This document shows, piece by piece, positions 28,213-36,456 of a stretch of 48,090 nucleotides of DNA. Positions within the stretch are counted from its first letter, which is position 1, and every line of letters starts with the position of its first letter. This DNA is from Nanoarchaeum sp. (GTDB lineage: Archaea; Nanobdellota; Nanobdellia; SCGC-AAA011-G17; PNOQ01). The position numbers and the translations under genes are program-made. The DNA is taken from positions 1 to 48,090 of the forward strand of contig PNOQ01000053.1 of assembly GCA_013824915.1 (NCBI GenBank). The letters are read 5' to 3'. Below the pieces are notes generated by a model. The model searched no databases, was not told where the DNA came from, and saw nothing but the letters and a program-made list of their open reading frames with translations.

Positions 28213-28282
28213 TGTTATTCTCCAGTGTTAGTTTTTTGTTTAAATAGCTTGCCATTGTTGAACCTTTAAAGATAGGTCTAGC

Positions 28283-28324
28283 CTAGATAATAGAAATAAT
28301 CCTTATTTGTATTAAGCTAACCAT
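28283..28324 (-). CDS. Putative ileS leader peptide MVSLIQIRIISII
   Basis: ATG GTT AGC TTA ATA CAA ATA AGG ATT ATT TCT ATT ATC TAG; 6 of 13 codons Ile; ATG sits at the window's leaderless-start distance from a TATA box. Confidence 0.7.
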   Translation of the reverse strand: MVSLIQIRIISII

Positions 28325-28345
28325 GAAATAGCTAAAATTGGAAAT

Positions 28346-28360
28346 TATTTAAAGCTTTCT
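28346..28360 (-). promoter_or_regulatory. BRE/TATA promoter of the ileS leader
   Basis: AGAAAGC-TTTAAATA at -29..-22 from ATG 28324, same spacing as for trmB-like (7631), lemA (16415) and trm5-like (35153). Confidence 0.75.
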
Positions 28361-28417
28361 GATTTGCTTGCCAAGTACTTACAAAACTCTTATAAATGTG
28401 CTAGGACTTACGGTTTT

Positions 28418-29353
28418 ATGTTTGTAGAAAAGTATAGACCGCAGGGATTTTCTGATATGAAAGGGCAGGAAAAGATAGTTTCTAGAATCAAAGCTTTCGT
28501 AGATTCAAAGAATATACCTCATTTGTTATTTTCTGGGCCCGCAGGAGTTGGAAAAACTACTTTGTCTTTAATTGTTGCAAGAGAATTATTTGGTGAAGAT
28601 TGGAAAAATAATTTTTTAGAATTAAATGCTTCAGATGAAAGAGGTATTGATGTTATAAGAAACAAAGTAAAAGATTTTGCTAGGACTATGTCTGTTATGG
28701 GAGTTCCGTTTAAAGTTATTTATTTAGATGAATGTGATTCTTTGACTAGTGAAGCACAACAAGCATTAAGAAGAACTATGGAAAATTATTCTAATACCTG
28801 TAGATTTATTTTGTCTTGTAATTATTCAAGTAAAATTATTGATCCTATACAATCTAGATGTACTGTTTTCAGATTTCAACCTTTGAAACTTGAAGATATT
28901 CATGCCATAATAAAAGATATTTCAAAAAAAGAAGGAATTGAAATAACTAATGAAGCTATAAAAGCAATTTATGAAATTAGTAATGGAGATGCTAGAAAGG
29001 CTGAAAATATTTTGCAAAGTTGTGCTGTAATAAATAAAAAAATAGATGAAAAATTGATTTATGATATTGTTTCTTTTGCTCAACCAAGAGAAATTATACA
29101 AGTCTTGGAAATGAGTTTAGCAGGAGAATTTGCTAAAGCACGAGATTTATTGTTAGATATAATGCTAAAACATGGTTTATCTGGAATTGATATAATAAAA
29201 CAAATACAAAGAGAAGTATTAGAATTAAAAATAGATGAATCAAAGAAGGCTAAAATGATAGAAAAATGTGGTGAAATAGAGTTTAGAATGGTAGAAGGTA
29301 GTGATGAGTATATACAATTAGAAGCATTATTAGCTGGATTTATTTCAATATAA
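28418..29353 (+). CDS. rfcS: Replication factor C small subunit
   Basis: VEKYRP, GPAGVGKT, LELNASDERG, LDECD, QALRRTME, SRC; likely ATG at 28418. Confidence 0.97.
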   Translation: MFVEKYRPQGFSDMKGQEKIVSRIKAFVDSKNIPHLLFSGPAGVGKTTLSLIVARELFGEDWKNNFLELNASDERGIDVIRNKVKDFARTMSVMGVPFKVIYLDECDSLTSEAQQALRRTMENYSNTCRFILSCNYSSKIIDPIQSRCTVFRFQPLKLEDIHAIIKDISKKEGIEITNEAIKAIYEISNGDARKAENILQSCAVINKKIDEKLIYDIVSFAQPREIIQVLEMSLAGEFAKARDLLLDIMLKHGLSGIDIIKQIQREVLELKIDESKKAKMIEKCGEIEFRMVEGSDEYIQLEALLAGFISI

Positions 29354-29354
29354 A

Positions 29355-30509
29355 ATGTGGACAAAAAAATACGCTCCGAATTCTGTAAAAGAAATAGTTG
29401 GGAATACTAGTTCAATTATGAAGCTAGAAGGATTTATTAAAAATTTTAAAAAAACTAAGAAAAAAGCAGTTATGTTGTATGGCCCAACTGGAACTGGAAA
29501 AACACAAGCTGTTTATGCATTGTCGCAAGATTATGATTTAGAAATTTTAGAAGTTAATGCTAGTGATTTTAGAAATAAAGAAATGATAAATGAAACTGTT
29601 GGAAAAGCAATGAATCAATATAGTTTATTTGGAAAAGGAAAAATAATACTTATTGATGAAATAGATGGTTTATCTGGAAACAATGATAGGGGTGGAGCTC
29701 AGGCCTTAGCTGCTTTGTTAGATAGAACTTCATTTCCTATAATTATGACTGCTAATGATCCGTGGGATAAAAAATTGGCTTCCTTAAGAAGCAAATCAAT
29801 TATGGTAGAATTTGAAGCGTTAAATTATTTAGATGTTTTTAGAGTATTGAGAAAAATAGCAGATAAAGAAGAAATACAAATAACAGATCAAGACTTGAAA
29901 ACTATTTCTAATGGTGCAGGCGGCGATTTAAGATCGGCAATAAATGATTTTTATTTAGTTTCGTTTAAGAGAAAAAAAGTAAAAAGTGAAGATTTGGAAG
30001 ATATTGGAGAGAGAAATAGAGAAGAACATGTACATAGTTTGTTGAACTTAATGTTTAAGAGTAAAAATTCTAAGATGATATTAGAATCGTTTGATAATAC
30101 AAACTTAGAGTTTAATGAGTTAAAATTGTGGATTGATGAAAACTTACCAAAAGCATATAATAAATCAGAATTGAAAGATGCATATAATAGTTTATCCAAA
30201 TCAGATGTATTTAATGGTAGAATAATTAGAAGACAATATTGGAGATTTTTAGTTTATCAAAAATATTTTATGTCTGTTGGTGTTGCAATGAGTAAAAAAG
30301 AAGCTAAAAAAGAATTAATTAATTATGCTCCAACAAAAAGAATCTTAAAAATCTGGAGATCAAAAATGAAATATGCAAAAAGAGATATTTTAGTTGATAA
30401 GATTGCCAATGAATGTCATGTTTCTAGTAAAAAAGCACTAAAAGAAGTTTTACCTTATTGTCAAGTGTTTTTAGAGAAAGATTTAGTTGCTGAAAGCAAT
30501 CTTTCTTAA
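29355..30509 (+). CDS. rfcL: Replication factor C large subunit
   Basis: WTKKYAP, GPTGTGKT, EVNASD.R, IDEIDG, GDLRSAIND, WIDEN. Confidence 0.95.
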   Translation: MWTKKYAPNSVKEIVGNTSSIMKLEGFIKNFKKTKKKAVMLYGPTGTGKTQAVYALSQDYDLEILEVNASDFRNKEMINETVGKAMNQYSLFGKGKIILIDEIDGLSGNNDRGGAQALAALLDRTSFPIIMTANDPWDKKLASLRSKSIMVEFEALNYLDVFRVLRKIADKEEIQITDQDLKTISNGAGGDLRSAINDFYLVSFKRKKVKSEDLEDIGERNREEHVHSLLNLMFKSKNSKMILESFDNTNLEFNELKLWIDENLPKAYNKSELKDAYNSLSKSDVFNGRIIRRQYWRFLVYQKYFMSVGVAMSKKEAKKELINYAPTKRILKIWRSKMKYAKRDILVDKIANECHVSSKKALKEVLPYCQVFLEKDLVAESNLS

Positions 30510-31322
30510 TCTTTTTACTCTTTCGTTTGTAGAAGGATGGGTACTTAAAAATTTCATTACTTTTTTTCCGGAAAATGGATTTACTATAAATAGATTTGCG
30601 GAGGCAGGATTACCTGATTTTATTTTTGGTGCGTTCTCTATTTTTATTAATGCTTCAGATAAAGATTCTGCATCTTTTATTATTTTTGCGCCAGTTTCAT
30701 CTGCTGTATATTCCCTTGAACGAGAGATTGCAAGTCTTAGTACGGTAGCAGAAATGGGAGCGATTAAAGTTAATAATAATAATTCAAAAAATCCAGGATT
30801 AGTATTTTCATCTGATGAACCTAATGTTGCAACTCTTGCAATTAATGCTACATAAGCTATTGCACTAGCAATTACAACTGAAACTGTGGAAATCAAAAGA
30901 TCTTTATTTTTTATATGTGCTATTTCATGAGCAATTACTGCTCTCAACTCTTGATCTGTTAGTAATGTTAATAGGCCTTCAGTTACAACAATTATTGAAT
31001 TTTTTTCGTTTCTACCTGTGGCAAATGCATTTGAAGTTGGAGAATTTATGATATACACTTTTGGTTTATGTATGGAAGCTCTAGTTGAAACATCTAATAT
31101 TATATCGTGTAATCTTGTATATTGTGTGTATTCTGCAGCTTTTGCGTTGTATATTTTTAACACTAATTTGTCTGAATACCAGTAAGATACTGTGTTTATT
31201 ATTAAAGCAAATATTAAAGCTATAACAATTCCTGTGGTTCCACCTAAAGCGTAACCTATTATTAAAAATATAATTGCTAAGATACCCAAATAAAATACCG
31301 TTTTTAATTGATCTAGGAACAT
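30483..31322 (-). CDS. htpX: Second HtpX-like M48 metalloprotease
   Basis: NAFATGR, HEIAH, SRSREYTAD, STHP. Confidence 0.92.
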   Translation of the reverse strand: MFLDQLKTVFYLGILAIIFLIIGYALGGTTGIVIALIFALIINTVSYWYSDKLVLKIYNAKAAEYTQYTRLHDIILDVSTRASIHKPKVYIINSPTSNAFATGRNEKNSIIVVTEGLLTLLTDQELRAVIAHEIAHIKNKDLLISTVSVVIASAIAYVALIARVATLGSSDENTNPGFFELLLLTLIAPISATVLRLAISRSREYTADETGAKIIKDAESLSEALIKIENAPKIKSGNPASANLFIVNPFSGKKVMKFLSTHPSTNERVKRLRKIAFSN

Positions 31323-31410
31323 GGAGATAGAATTCAGATTAAAGTGCTTTATAAATTTTTATATACTCTAAATAGAAAGAATTAAAAATAAAAGATTTGA
31401 CTTTATAATA

Positions 31411-31950
31411 ATGGAGAAGGGTTTTAAGTTTAAATATGCTTCTGAAATAAGTTTGTGGCTAGATGGTTACGATGATTTATTTTCTGACTTTGATCCTAGA
31501 AAATATCAAGAAAAGGCTATATCTAATGATTTCTTGGAAGAATTGAAAAGAGCAGCCAAAGACAAACCCTTTGATAAAATTGCTTTAAATTTGTTGGTTC
31601 CTAAAACTAAAAGGAATTTGAATAATGAGACAGTTATAAAGAATAGATTAGAACATCATTTTAATCATCATTATGAGTTAGTTAAAGAAGAAAAGAAAAA
31701 AATAATCAAAAAAGGTGTGATTCTTGCATGTTTAGGTTTAATTGTATTATTTTTACTTATCTATTTTACAAGAGATATATCTACAGATAGTATGTTGGTT
31801 AATTATCCAATTGGAATTGTAGAAATAACTATTTGGTTTTTGTTTTGGGAAGGTCTGAATATGATATTATTCGAAACAAAAAGTGTGAACCATAATTTAG
31901 ATTTTTACAAAAAGATGTCTAAATGTGATGTAAAATTCCATCATTCTTAA
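31411..31950 (+). CDS. Hypothetical membrane protein (2 TM)
   Basis: LDGYDDLFSDFDPR N-terminal motif, two hydrophobic segments, W..WEG. Confidence 0.8.
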   Translation: MEKGFKFKYASEISLWLDGYDDLFSDFDPRKYQEKAISNDFLEELKRAAKDKPFDKIALNLLVPKTKRNLNNETVIKNRLEHHFNHHYELVKEEKKKIIKKGVILACLGLIVLFLLIYFTRDISTDSMLVNYPIGIVEITIWFLFWEGLNMILFETKSVNHNLDFYKKMSKCDVKFHHS

Positions 31951-31990
31951 TTTGAATAATTTTAAAAATGAGGAGATTTATTAAAATAAT

Positions 31991-33325
31991 ATGCAACATA
32001 ATATAATTATTGGTAGATCTGCAAAAGATAAAAAAAAGTATGGTGAAAAAGGTACTATTTTTTTAGGAAGACATTATGTTAAAATGGAACAAACTGTTTC
32101 TTTAAGTAGTAATATTTTAATGGATGTTGCTAGAGCGCATGTTGTTCTCATTGATGGTAAAAGGGGATCTGGGAAATCTTATACACTTGGAGTAATGGCT
32201 GAAGAAATGTCTTGTTTGCCTGAAGAAGTTGCACAAAATATTAGTGTATTAATATTTGATACTATGGGAATTTTCTGGACAATGAAATATCCTAATCAAA
32301 AAGAAGAAGCATTATTATTGGGTTGGGGGATGAAACCTAAAAAATTAGATAATATTGATGTTTACATCCCAGAAGGACATTTTAAAGAATACAAAGAAAA
32401 GGGGATATTAGTAGATTATCCTTTAAAATTAAAAACGTCTGAACTTGATGCAAGTGATTGGGCAAATGTTTTTGGTGTTGATTTGAATAATCCTATAGGA
32501 GTTGCAATTGAAAAATCGATAGGGGCGTTAGAAACTAAAGATTATGGTATAGTTGACATTATTAATGAAATAAATTCGGATAATACTATTCAAAAAGATG
32601 TTCGAGACGCAGCCATTAATAGATTCTTAGCTGCCGAGACTTGGGGTTTATTTAGTAAGAAAGGAACCGAGATAAAAGATTTAGTAAAAGGTGGAAGAGT
32701 TAGTATAATTGATATTAGTTGTTATAGTCATACTGCGAGTAGTTGGGGTATAAAAAATTTGGCTACAGGTATAATTTGTAAAAAATTATTGAACGATAGA
32801 ATGATTTCTAGAAAAATCGAAGAAATGAAAATGATTGAAGCTGGAACTAGTTTCTTTGGTTTTGAAAAAGAAACAAAAATGAAAGAAGAAATGCCATTAG
32901 TTTGGATTTTAATTGATGAAGCTCATGAATTCTTGCCTGCTGATGGTAAAACTGGAGCAAGTGATGCGTTAGTACAATTACTAAGAGAAGGTAGACAACC
33001 TGGAATTTCTATGGTTTTAGCTACACAACAACCGGGTGAGATTCATAAAGATGTTATAACCCAATCAGACATTGTAATAAGTCATAGAATTACTGCTAAA
33101 AAAGATATTGATGCATTAAATAATATTATGCAAACTTATATGTTAGCAGATGTTCAAAAGTATATTAATAATTTACCTAGAGCAAGTGGAGCAGCTATAA
33201 TATTAGATGATAACTCTGAAAAAATTTATCCAATTAATGTTAAACCAAGATTCACATGGCATGGTGGAGAATCACCAACTGCAGTGCATTTGAAATCGAG
33301 AGAATTATTAGATCTTGGACTTTAG
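31991..33325 (+). CDS. HerA/FtsK-like (DUF87) P-loop ATPase
   Basis: GKRGSGKS, ILIDEAH, REGRQPG, ATQQP. Confidence 0.88.
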   Translation: MQHNIIIGRSAKDKKKYGEKGTIFLGRHYVKMEQTVSLSSNILMDVARAHVVLIDGKRGSGKSYTLGVMAEEMSCLPEEVAQNISVLIFDTMGIFWTMKYPNQKEEALLLGWGMKPKKLDNIDVYIPEGHFKEYKEKGILVDYPLKLKTSELDASDWANVFGVDLNNPIGVAIEKSIGALETKDYGIVDIINEINSDNTIQKDVRDAAINRFLAAETWGLFSKKGTEIKDLVKGGRVSIIDISCYSHTASSWGIKNLATGIICKKLLNDRMISRKIEEMKMIEAGTSFFGFEKETKMKEEMPLVWILIDEAHEFLPADGKTGASDALVQLLREGRQPGISMVLATQQPGEIHKDVITQSDIVISHRITAKKDIDALNNIMQTYMLADVQKYINNLPRASGAAIILDDNSEKIYPINVKPRFTWHGGESPTAVHLKSRELLDLGL

Positions 33326-33344
33326 AAAGATTTTTATAATAAAA

Positions 33345-33358
33345 CCGATAATTATCGG
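33345..33358. promoter_or_regulatory. Perfect palindrome CCGATAATTATCGG (operator candidate 1)
   Basis: Between TATA TTTATAAT (33333-33340) and ATG 33362; identical copy at 34021-34034. Confidence 0.75.
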
Positions 33359-33361
33359 GCT

Positions 33362-34027
33362 ATGTGGATTGCTAAATTTAAATTGAAAGATAGTGAAGAT
33401 ATTTATAATCATTTATGTGTAAAATACAAAATAGATTTCTTTGCATTCCCATTCACAAATTATCTCAAAAATAAAAAAATAAATTTAGTTATCGGTGGTA
33501 TAATCTCTGGTTCTGAGGAAAACAAAAAACAATTTTTAAAAGAATTGAAAAAAGATCAAAGGATAAAAAATATAGAAATTCAAAAAGATTTTATTTTAAT
33601 TCACGCACAACATTCAGAATCTAGAGAAACAAGAGCAGAAATAAGAATATTTTATAATCCCGAATATATTCGAGTAAAACCAGTTCATCTTTCTCCAGAT
33701 GGTTGGGAATATTGGGAAGTTGCATGTTTAGACCGCAAAGAATTGAATAAACTAATAAAATCTGCAAATAAATATTACCATGGAAAAGTAATTTCATTAA
33801 ATGAAGAAAAAATTAAAGGTATTTCTAGTTTGGAAATAGCGCCAGAATTAACAAAGAAGCAGTTTGAAGATTTAGAAATTGCATATAAAGAAGGGTACTA
33901 TTCTTATCCAAGAAAACTAACAATTCCAGATTTAGCAAGATTAAAGAAAAAATCTTATTCCACATTCCAAGAAAATCTAAGAAAGGCAGAAAATAAATTG
34001 GTCGATTATTTCTTAAAATACCGATAA
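33362..34027 (+). CDS. Transcriptional regulator with C-terminal HTH_10 (Bat-like) domain
   Basis: LTKKQ..L.IAYKEGYY.YPRK.T..DLA.....STFQENLRKAE.KL. Confidence 0.9.
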   Translation: MWIAKFKLKDSEDIYNHLCVKYKIDFFAFPFTNYLKNKKINLVIGGIISGSEENKKQFLKELKKDQRIKNIEIQKDFILIHAQHSESRETRAEIRIFYNPEYIRVKPVHLSPDGWEYWEVACLDRKELNKLIKSANKYYHGKVISLNEEKIKGISSLEIAPELTKKQFEDLEIAYKEGYYSYPRKLTIPDLARLKKKSYSTFQENLRKAENKLVDYFLKYR

Positions 34028-34035
34028 TTATCGGT
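34020..34035. promoter_or_regulatory. Perfect palindrome ACCGATAATTATCGGT (operator candidate 2)
   Basis: Overlaps the regulator stop codon; just upstream of a TATA-like tract at 34041-34051. Confidence 0.75.
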
Positions 34036-34092
34036 GTAAATTAAATAAATATTTAGGTCATACTCGTAAGTAGTTAAACCATGGAGGTAAAA

Positions 34093-34308
34093 ATGGTAGA
34101 AGAAAAAACAGAAAGAGAAAGAATTGATCATAATCTTCCATCAGGAAGTCTAGTGCTTGAAGAAAAATTGGGTAGTGGAGTTCATGTTTGGATATTGCCA
34201 GACGGAAGCACATATGATGCACAGTACGGAATTAGAATACCCAAGAAGTATGATGGCATAGAAACAGATAGTACTGAGAAGAGAGAAGGAAGACCATATT
34301 TTTTCTAG
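34093..34308 (+). CDS. Small hypothetical protein
   Basis: GGAGGT SD five nt before ATG 34093. Confidence 0.65.
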   Translation: MVEEKTERERIDHNLPSGSLVLEEKLGSGVHVWILPDGSTYDAQYGIRIPKKYDGIETDSTEKREGRPYFF

Positions 34309-34358
34309 ATAGTATAGGTGAATTGATAGATTTTATCACAAATGTTTAATATAAAATA

Positions 34359-35153
34359 TCAAAGTTTACTTTGTAAGTCTAAACAAACTCTAAACTTTCC
34401 TGGTGCTGGAGAACCTGCTTTGAATAACTTAACTTGGAACTCTTCAGAATATTTATCTTTTAACTTTTGAAAGTTTTCTTCTTTCTCAAAAAGGTATAAA
34501 TGTATTGTGCCTTGAGGATTTAGATATTTCTTTGCTAATTCTAGATAACTTTCTGAGTTTTTTGGTAAAGGCATTATAATTCTATCAAATTTCTTTTTTA
34601 GTTTAGGTAGAATTTTCTTTACATCTCCTTGATATAATTTTATATTATTTACTTTATTTAATTTTAAGTTTTCTTCTCCGTATTTATGGCCTTCTGGGTT
34701 TATTTCTATTCCGTAAATTTCTTTTGCTTCAGAATGTTTTGAGATTACTAAAGGGAAAGGAGCTACACCAGAAAACATTGTTAAAATAGATTCTCCTTTT
34801 TTTACTTGTACTGCAATTCTTAATCTTTCTGTGCTAGATCTTGAAGAATAATAAACTTTTTCCGGATTAACTTTAATTGAAACTCCATTTTCTTTATGTA
34901 TTGCTTCTTTTGTATTTGTTCCTGCAATTATTTTTATTTTTGGAGTTCTATATTTTCCTGAATAAAATCTTGATTTAATTGCAACAGTTTTAATATTTTT
35001 TAGCTTTTTTATTAAATATTCACCAACTAACTGTTTGTTTAGCTTTTTAGGAAATTCTGAAAAGATTAAGATTGAACCTATAATTTCAAATGATTTAGGT
35101 ATCTGGTTTATTTCTTCTGGAGTCAATTCTTTCTGTTTTTTAAAAAAGCACAT
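34359..35153 (-). CDS. Trm5/Taw2 (Met-10+) family tRNA methyltransferase
   Basis: SFEIIG.I, HKENG, VYYSSR..TER.R, MFSGVAPF, EINP, DRIIMPLP. Confidence 0.88.
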   Translation of the reverse strand: MCFFKKQKELTPEEINQIPKSFEIIGSILIFSEFPKKLNKQLVGEYLIKKLKNIKTVAIKSRFYSGKYRTPKIKIIAGTNTKEAIHKENGVSIKVNPEKVYYSSRSSTERLRIAVQVKKGESILTMFSGVAPFPLVISKHSEAKEIYGIEINPEGHKYGEENLKLNKVNNIKLYQGDVKKILPKLKKKFDRIIMPLPKNSESYLELAKKYLNPQGTIHLYLFEKEENFQKLKDKYSEEFQVKLFKAGSPAPGKFRVCLDLQSKL

Positions 35154-35230
35154 ATTATTTTTATTATTTCGATATATTTAAATATTACTTAGTGAATTGT
35201 TTAGTTATGCTTAACAAAAAAGGTGATTGG

Positions 35231-35581
35231 ATGAGCCCACAGAGTTGGTGGTATTTCTTAGGCGGATTAATATTTTTAGCTGTCGGTTTAATGCCTTTCT
35301 TTGACTTTTTATCAATTAATCTTACATTTGAAGGAGTTTTACTAAGAGTTTTGATAGTTGTTTTAGGCTTTTTAATATTAATAGAAGGTTTTACAGCTAT
35401 GTTGGGTAAAGCTGGTAAGGTCTTATTGAGTTTAGTATTTATGGTATTTGGTTTATTGTTATTATTGATGTACTTTAACGTAAGTTGGATCCCATTTAAC
35501 TTCAATTTAAGTGATATTGCATTACAGATAATTTTAATAATATATGCAGGTTACCTATTCATAGGTGCATGGAGACAATAA
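35231..35581 (+). CDS. Hypothetical 4-TM membrane protein
   Basis: AGGTGA SD before ATG 35231; four hydrophobic segments. Confidence 0.75.
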   Translation: MSPQSWWYFLGGLIFLAVGLMPFFDFLSINLTFEGVLLRVLIVVLGFLILIEGFTAMLGKAGKVLLSLVFMVFGLLLLLMYFNVSWIPFNFNLSDIALQIILIIYAGYLFIGAWRQ

Positions 35582-36456
35582 AAATGAAAAAAAATATTTT
35601 ATGGTTCTTAACTTTGTTCTTAATTCCGTTCGTTAGTGCTGCTACTACTAATAATCCATTAAAGGATTTCTTTAATGGGGTTGGAAAAGCCTTTTCTGAT
35701 GGGGTAAGAATAGGGGGGCAAAATAGTGAAATCAAAATATTGTTTGTGTTTGGTGCACTTATATTGTTAACTGTTTTATTCTATGTTGGTACCATAAGAG
35801 TTTTTAAAGATAATCGAGTGGTTTCTATAATAATATCTATTCTTTTTGCCGCGGGTATTGTTTTTGGTACATCATTTGCTTATTGGTTAAAAGACTTGTT
35901 TGAGGTTAGTGCAGTTTTATTGTATATTTTGTTTGTATTATGTTTTATTGTAGGCATTTATTTTGGATTTGTAAAAGTGCCCCATAAATTTGGTTTAAAA
36001 GCACATAGTGAAGCAATGGAACAGACAAAAGATTGGGCACAGGATAGATCCGATTACAATAGGGAAATGGCAGTTTATAGAAAAGAAAGGCAGATTTATG
36101 TTAATGAAGTAAATCAATTTGAGTCTATATTAGGGAGGATGAAAGGATTGCCAGATCCAAGTGATGCTAGTTATGGCCCTCAAAAGGACAGTATAAAAGG
36201 TGAAATTGATACTGCTCAAAATATGGTTCAAAAAACAATTAATTATGACAAGAATTTAATAACAAATACTAAAAGGCCAAATAATTTAAACAAACTTTTG
36301 TTGAAGATATCAAATCGTATGAAGAATGAATGTGATGATGCTAAAACAAATTTAGATAAACCCAATCCTAAACGTGCTATAAATAATATTCAAAGAGTAA
36401 TTAAGTTGTTAAAGAAAGAAAGAAAGGGATTAAAAGATTTATCTAGAACACCTTAA
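35569..36456 (+). CDS. Hypothetical membrane protein with C-terminal helical domain
   Basis: Signal-like N-terminus (FVSA), three TM segments, coiled-coil-like tail; start may be 35584. Confidence 0.75.
   Translation: METIKMKKNILWFLTLFLIPFVSAATTNNPLKDFFNGVGKAFSDGVRIGGQNSEIKILFVFGALILLTVLFYVGTIRVFKDNRVVSIIISILFAAGIVFGTSFAYWLKDLFEVSAVLLYILFVLCFIVGIYFGFVKVPHKFGLKAHSEAMEQTKDWAQDRSDYNREMAVYRKERQIYVNEVNQFESILGRMKGLPDPSDASYGPQKDSIKGEIDTAQNMVQKTINYDKNLITNTKRPNNLNKLLLKISNRMKNECDDAKTNLDKPNPKRAINNIQRVIKLLKKERKGLKDLSRTP

Noticed and set aside
22730-29353. Inteins in MCM or RFC (also PolB)
   Set aside because: Protein lengths are normal and the usual insertion motifs are uninterrupted.
34055-34087. Third pseudoknot copy (AGGTCATA resembles AAGTCATA)
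   Set aside because: No GACCT/GACTT partner and no AAAA loop; probably upstream of the TSS.
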